A DNA stretch of 53,815 bases. Origin: a bacterium. GTDB taxonomy: Bacteria; CLD3; SB21. Under the pieces are notes generated by a model. The model did not search any database, was not told the origin of the DNA, and saw only the letters and a program-made list of their open reading frames with translations. A program made the position numbers and the translations under genes. Position 1 is the stretch's first letter. The number at the start of each line of letters is the position of its first letter. The stretch spans positions 124,001 to 177,815 of the forward strand of contig JABWCP010000002.1 in NCBI GenBank assembly GCA_013360215.1. Direction: 5' to 3'. This document shows positions 46,787 to 53,815 of this stretch, piece by piece.

Positions 46787-47632
46787 TTATTTGAGGAAAT
46801 TGGTGAACCACTCCTGCGTGAGGCTGATAGCCTTTTTCAGCTCGGGCGTCGGGCCTGTAAAAGGATGCACCGCGCCATAGGTATGCGTCGCTTGTGGTAT
46901 GATTTCTATGCGGGAGCGGGAAAGATGTAATTGATCGAAAATCTGACGTGATTCATTGACCGGTACGCTTTCATCATTCTCGCCGTGAATCAGCATGGTA
47001 GGTGCATCCAAACGAGAAGCCGATTTGACAATGCTGAGGCGCGTTTTACTGTTCTGCTCAATATCATCGACGACATCCAGATTAAGACGCATCATTTGTC
47101 CGGTGCGTGTATTGGGTACTTCGATAAATTTCTGCCGTTTCCATAAAGGCAAAACATCCATAAACGAATGCCGCTCAACCGTAGCAATAGATGACCAGGT
47201 AACGAGTGCTTTGATTCGTTTGTCCACCGCGGCTTTTAATATGGTAATACCGCCGCCGCGGCTATGGCCAAGTAAGCCGATTTTATCAAAGTAACCGAAT
47301 TTTTCGCAAATATTGCCTTTTTCCAATTCGTCCAGTACGCGCTCAAGGTCTTCCAATTCTTTGGAATAGGTATTACTTGCAAAACGATCCAATTCCGTAA
47401 AATTTTGCATATCTTCCCCGACACCGCTGCCGGAGAAATTGAATTTCACGACGATAAATCCTTTTTTGCAAAGCAATTCTGATAGAAACGGAAAAAAACC
47501 CCAGTCTTTAAAGCCCTTGAAACCGTGGCACAACACGATCACCGGATAGCGACGATTATAATCCGGAATACAAACATCGCCGCGGATCGGCTCGCGCCGT
47601 TTATTAAAAATCTTAAAATTCTTACGTTCCAT
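46787..47632 (-). CDS. alpha/beta hydrolase
   Basis: HGFKGFKDWG, GHSRGG nucleophile elbow, HGENDESV, ATHTYG. Confidence 0.88.
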   Translation of the reverse strand: MERKNFKIFNKRREPIRGDVCIPDYNRRYPVIVLCHGFKGFKDWGFFPFLSELLCKKGFIVVKFNFSGSGVGEDMQNFTELDRFASNTYSKELEDLERVLDELEKGNICEKFGYFDKIGLLGHSRGGGITILKAAVDKRIKALVTWSSIATVERHSFMDVLPLWKRQKFIEVPNTRTGQMMRLNLDVVDDIEQNSKTRLSIVKSASRLDAPTMLIHGENDESVPVNESRQIFDQLHLSRSRIEIIPQATHTYGAVHPFTGPTPELKKAISLTQEWFTNFLK

Positions 47633-48165
47633 TATTTTTTCTTCGCTACGGTAGGTTTTTTATACTTCGCTTCGATGGCTTCGATTTCCGGGCGCAATGG
47701 CGCCAGCGTTTCTTCGTCCAAATAATCAATAAACAATTTGCCGTTAATATGATCGTTTTCATGCTGAATGACTCGCGCTAAAAGCCCGTCAGCCGCTACT
47801 TCGTGGGTTTTCCCATCCATATCCATATAACGCAATTTGATTTTTTCAGGACGATGGACGTCGGCATACACACCGGGAATGCTGAGACATCCTTCTTTGT
47901 ACGGCGCATTACCTTTCGAACTCAATATTTCGACATTCATAAATACCATCGGCTGATGACCTTCTTCGATCGGCGAAATATCAACCACAAAAAGCGCCAG
48001 CGATTTACCGATTTGCGGAGCGGCCAGTCCGATCCCGTCCGCTTTATGCATAGTCTCGATCATATTGCGAACCAAAGTTTTTATCGTCGCATCTATTTTT
48101 TTTACGGGTTTGGTTTTTTCCCGTAAGATCGGATTACCGTAGGTTACTATTTTTAATGTGGCCAT
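47632..48165 (-). CDS. def: peptide deformylase
   Basis: GIGLAAPQ, EGCLS, QHENDH. Confidence 0.96.
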   Translation of the reverse strand: MATLKIVTYGNPILREKTKPVKKIDATIKTLVRNMIETMHKADGIGLAAPQIGKSLALFVVDISPIEEGHQPMVFMNVEILSSKGNAPYKEGCLSIPGVYADVHRPEKIKLRYMDMDGKTHEVAADGLLARVIQHENDHINGKLFIDYLDEETLAPLRPEIEAIEAKYKKPTVAKKK

Positions 48166-48210
48166 AAAATTGGTATATCATTTATACGGGCGGAATGTAT
48201 AAAAAAACGC

Positions 48211-49110
48211 TTAAACTACAAAAGGAATTTTGGAATCAAGCGCGCGTGCGGAGTCGTGCGGTAGGCCTTTCAATGCACCTTTAATGCGAATCGTGTCCTC
48301 TGCCGACAGCACTTGGTCTAAAACAGGAAAGTCCGTGGTTTTAGGAAACGTATCCAAAAGCCGGAGCGCATAGTGGGCAACCCACGGCTCTGTTTTACTG
48401 CGGAGTACACCGGCTTCGTGAATACTACGCCATAAGGCGCAGATTTTAATAAGGTCATAGGTATCCGGGACAAATCGAAATAAGTCATCCCAATCCACGG
48501 CACGATCGGTTTTTGCCGGCGTTTCTCTGTTTTTATCATTGCATACGACGCGTACCAAGCGATGAATCAGAAATGGTGTAAAATTATTTTTCCAATCCAT
48601 GACCTGTATCGCCATAGAGGTGTGCACGGCTGCAAGTGCCGTATTCAGGGAACGCTTGAGGCCGAAAAAAATCATGATTTCCATGAAATACTGCTTATTA
48701 TCCATCGTCGCCAGTAAGTCGCGTATTTTTTCAAATACGAGCTTTTCATCGCCGGTATCCAAAGCCTCTTCCAAATCATGCACCGATACGACATCATGAC
48801 TTGCAAATTCGGGTTTTAATACGGATGTATCAACAGGCTCAATCGGCATGGTACAGAGGTATTCCACAAGCGCATCCGTTACATGGGCGATCTTATTTTT
48901 ATCTATTCCTTCCATAACGGCAACGTATGCACTGGTTTTGATGACCGCGTCTTCGTGCAAATTATCGGAAGGCGCGTTTTGTGCGGCGATCGTCAAAAAT
49001 GCTTTATACAATAGGCGTGGTGATTCGTCAGTAGTGAGAAATTCTCGTATACGAGTTTTGGATGTTGCAATATCACGATGGAGCAGCGATTCAAGAAGCG
49101 GAAAAAACAT
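48211..49110 (-). CDS. hypothetical all-helical protein
   Basis: 299-aa ORF in operon orientation with an apparent internal two-fold helical repeat. Confidence 0.65.
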   Translation of the reverse strand: MFFPLLESLLHRDIATSKTRIREFLTTDESPRLLYKAFLTIAAQNAPSDNLHEDAVIKTSAYVAVMEGIDKNKIAHVTDALVEYLCTMPIEPVDTSVLKPEFASHDVVSVHDLEEALDTGDEKLVFEKIRDLLATMDNKQYFMEIMIFFGLKRSLNTALAAVHTSMAIQVMDWKNNFTPFLIHRLVRVVCNDKNRETPAKTDRAVDWDDLFRFVPDTYDLIKICALWRSIHEAGVLRSKTEPWVAHYALRLLDTFPKTTDFPVLDQVLSAEDTIRIKGALKGLPHDSARALDSKIPFVV

Positions 49111-49138
49111 CGTTGTTAAATATTATTTTAGAAAAGAA

Positions 49139-52168
<3,030 letters not shown>

Positions 52169-52196
52169 GGTATTCCTTTATATTTTATTCAAGTTA

Positions 52197-53345
52197 TTAT
52201 AAACAAGTTTTTTGTGCATACGCACGCGCCCACCGATCGGTTTCAATCACCGACGCGATATCCGGATCGCGCACGCAGGTATGAGCCTGCATGGCCGATT
52301 CGATCGACGATGCTATATCCGTAAAACGAATTTTCTCTTGTAAAAATCCCGCAACGGCTATTTCGTTGGCCGCGTTGAGCACCGCCGGCATAGAACCGCC
52401 TGTTTCAAGCGCATCATACGCCAACTTCAAACAACGAAATTTATTCCTGTCGGGTTCATAGAAATCAAGTCTATTCCATTTACGAAAATCAAAGACGTCA
52501 AAATTATTGGTCATGCGTTCGGGATAGGTCATCGCATATTGTATGGGAACTTTCATATCCGGTACACCGAGTTGCGCTTTCGTCGAGCCGTCCACAAATT
52601 CAACCATCGAGTGAATTATAGATTGCGGATGAATCGCCACGTCGATACGATCGGCCCCGACACCAAAAAGCCAATGCGCCTCGATAACTTCAAGCCCTTT
52701 ATTCATCAGTGTGGCGGAATCTATCGTTATTTTAGCGCCCATGGACCAATTGGGATGTTTTAAAGCGCGGGCTACGGTGATCGATGAAAAATCCTCCGCC
52801 GGGGTATGTAGAAAGGGGCCTCCGGATGCCGTGAGAATAAGTTTTCGAACGCTGCGCATATCTTCACCGACAAGGCACTGAAAAAGTGCGCTGTGCTCGC
52901 TGTCAATCGGTATAAGCCGCGCTTGGTGTTTGCTCAGAAGTCCGTTGACGATAGCGCCCCCGACAACAAGCGTTTCTTTATTGGCTAAACCTATATCTTT
53001 ACCGGCACGAATCGCCTCAATCGTAGGTAAAAATCCGGCAAATCCTACAATCGCGCCGATCATGAGGTCGTAATTTTCGTCACGCGCCATTTGTACGATG
53101 GCATCGTGTCCATGATAGATACGGATACCTGTACCGGATAGACCGCTGTGCAATTGGGTGTAACCTTCATCGGAGACGATAGCTACAGATTGCGGTTTAA
53201 ATTCCAGCGCTTGTTTGATTAACAACTCGGCGTTGGTGTTTGCGGTTAGACATTGGACGGTAAAACGATCGGGATGATTGCGTATAACCTGCAAAACATT
53301 CTCGCCGATAGAGCCGGTTGAACCAAATAACCCGATGCGTTTCAT
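52197..53345 (-). CDS. dxr: 1-deoxy-D-xylulose 5-phosphate reductoisomerase
   Basis: GSTGSIG, LANKETL, PIDSEH, LTASGGPF, HPNWSMGAKITIDSATLMNKGLE, NAANE. ATG at 53345. Confidence 0.96.
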   Translation of the reverse strand: MKRIGLFGSTGSIGENVLQVIRNHPDRFTVQCLTANTNAELLIKQALEFKPQSVAIVSDEGYTQLHSGLSGTGIRIYHGHDAIVQMARDENYDLMIGAIVGFAGFLPTIEAIRAGKDIGLANKETLVVGGAIVNGLLSKHQARLIPIDSEHSALFQCLVGEDMRSVRKLILTASGGPFLHTPAEDFSSITVARALKHPNWSMGAKITIDSATLMNKGLEVIEAHWLFGVGADRIDVAIHPQSIIHSMVEFVDGSTKAQLGVPDMKVPIQYAMTYPERMTNNFDVFDFRKWNRLDFYEPDRNKFRCLKLAYDALETGGSMPAVLNAANEIAVAGFLQEKIRFTDIASSIESAMQAHTCVRDPDIASVIETDRWARAYAQKTCL

Positions 53346-53464
53346 ACTCTCACTTAGTTTTGTGCGCCGCCATAATAACAAAAAACCATTTCAAACAAAA
53401 GAAAAACACACTTTGCGTATCCTGCCTTTGCGCGTGTTTATGTGATAACTTCCACAAAGCAAAA

Positions 53465-53815
53465 TTACTTTTTTAAGCGGGATAGTATAGCAGGATTGGT
53501 TATCGCAGAAAGATGTTTGATTTTGGAATATTCGGCGGCGATAATGTTCTGTACTTGATCTTTCAGATCGTCTTTGGCTTCCGGCATCATTCCATCGGTG
53601 CTTATCGGCGGCGAAAAAACCAATTCGACCGTTTGCCCAAAACGAATATCGAACACTCCTTCAAACTTATGTATAACATTGATGGTACCGCTGATCGTGA
53701 CAGGCACCACATCCACTTGTGCGTCGATTGCCAATATGAATGCCCCTTTTTTGAATGGACGCAACTCCCCGTCTATACTGCGTGTACCGTCGGCGTATAT
53801 AACGATATTCGTCCC
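53465..53815 (-). CDS. lysophospholipid/1-acyl-G3P acyltransferase, C-terminal part (5' end outside window)
   Basis: The frame is open to the window edge: GTNIVIYADGTRSIDGELRPFKKGAF...VVPVTI (PlsC blocks III-IV). Confidence 0.85.
   Translation of the reverse strand, partial: GTNIVIYADGTRSIDGELRPFKKGAFILAIDAQVDVVPVTISGTINVIHKFEGVFDIRFGQTVELVFSPPISTDGMMPEAKDDLKDQVQNIIAAEYSKIKHLSAITNPAILSRLKK

Overview
A gene-dense, mostly minus-strand stretch of bacterial chromosome. Gene families such as GWxTD, tatA-gatA-propeller and a TolC-CusA-CusB operon with a Cys/PP leader suggest an FCB-group organism (inference). Most of it is housekeeping: AddAB-like helicase/nuclease, dgt, can, recN, ribH, aroE, trxB, tatA, gatA, nusB, Leu/Phe/Val dehydrogenase, acyl-CoA dehydrogenase, ispD, def, tgt, rseP, dxr, plus tRNA-Ala(GGC) and tRNA-Gln(CTG). 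I saw no transposase, integrase, prophage or CRISPR array. The most unusual signals are: (1) a sigma54-type promoter with palindromic upstream sites driving a lone receiver protein, followed by two sibling RNA motifs (anti-SD CUCCUU + UGAGAACCGAUAGG + terminator stems with different but fully paired sequences); (2) two signal-peptide leader ORFs ending in HPP upstream of a TonB-dependent receptor and a Cus-type efflux operon (candidate arrest-peptide regulators); (3) a 1470-aa TPR lipoprotein with an intact C39-like protease triad; (4) an RseP with a ~125-aa insertion; (5) a ~120-nt rod-like structured element at 22.5 kb. All family calls come from motif recognition by eye, not database searches.
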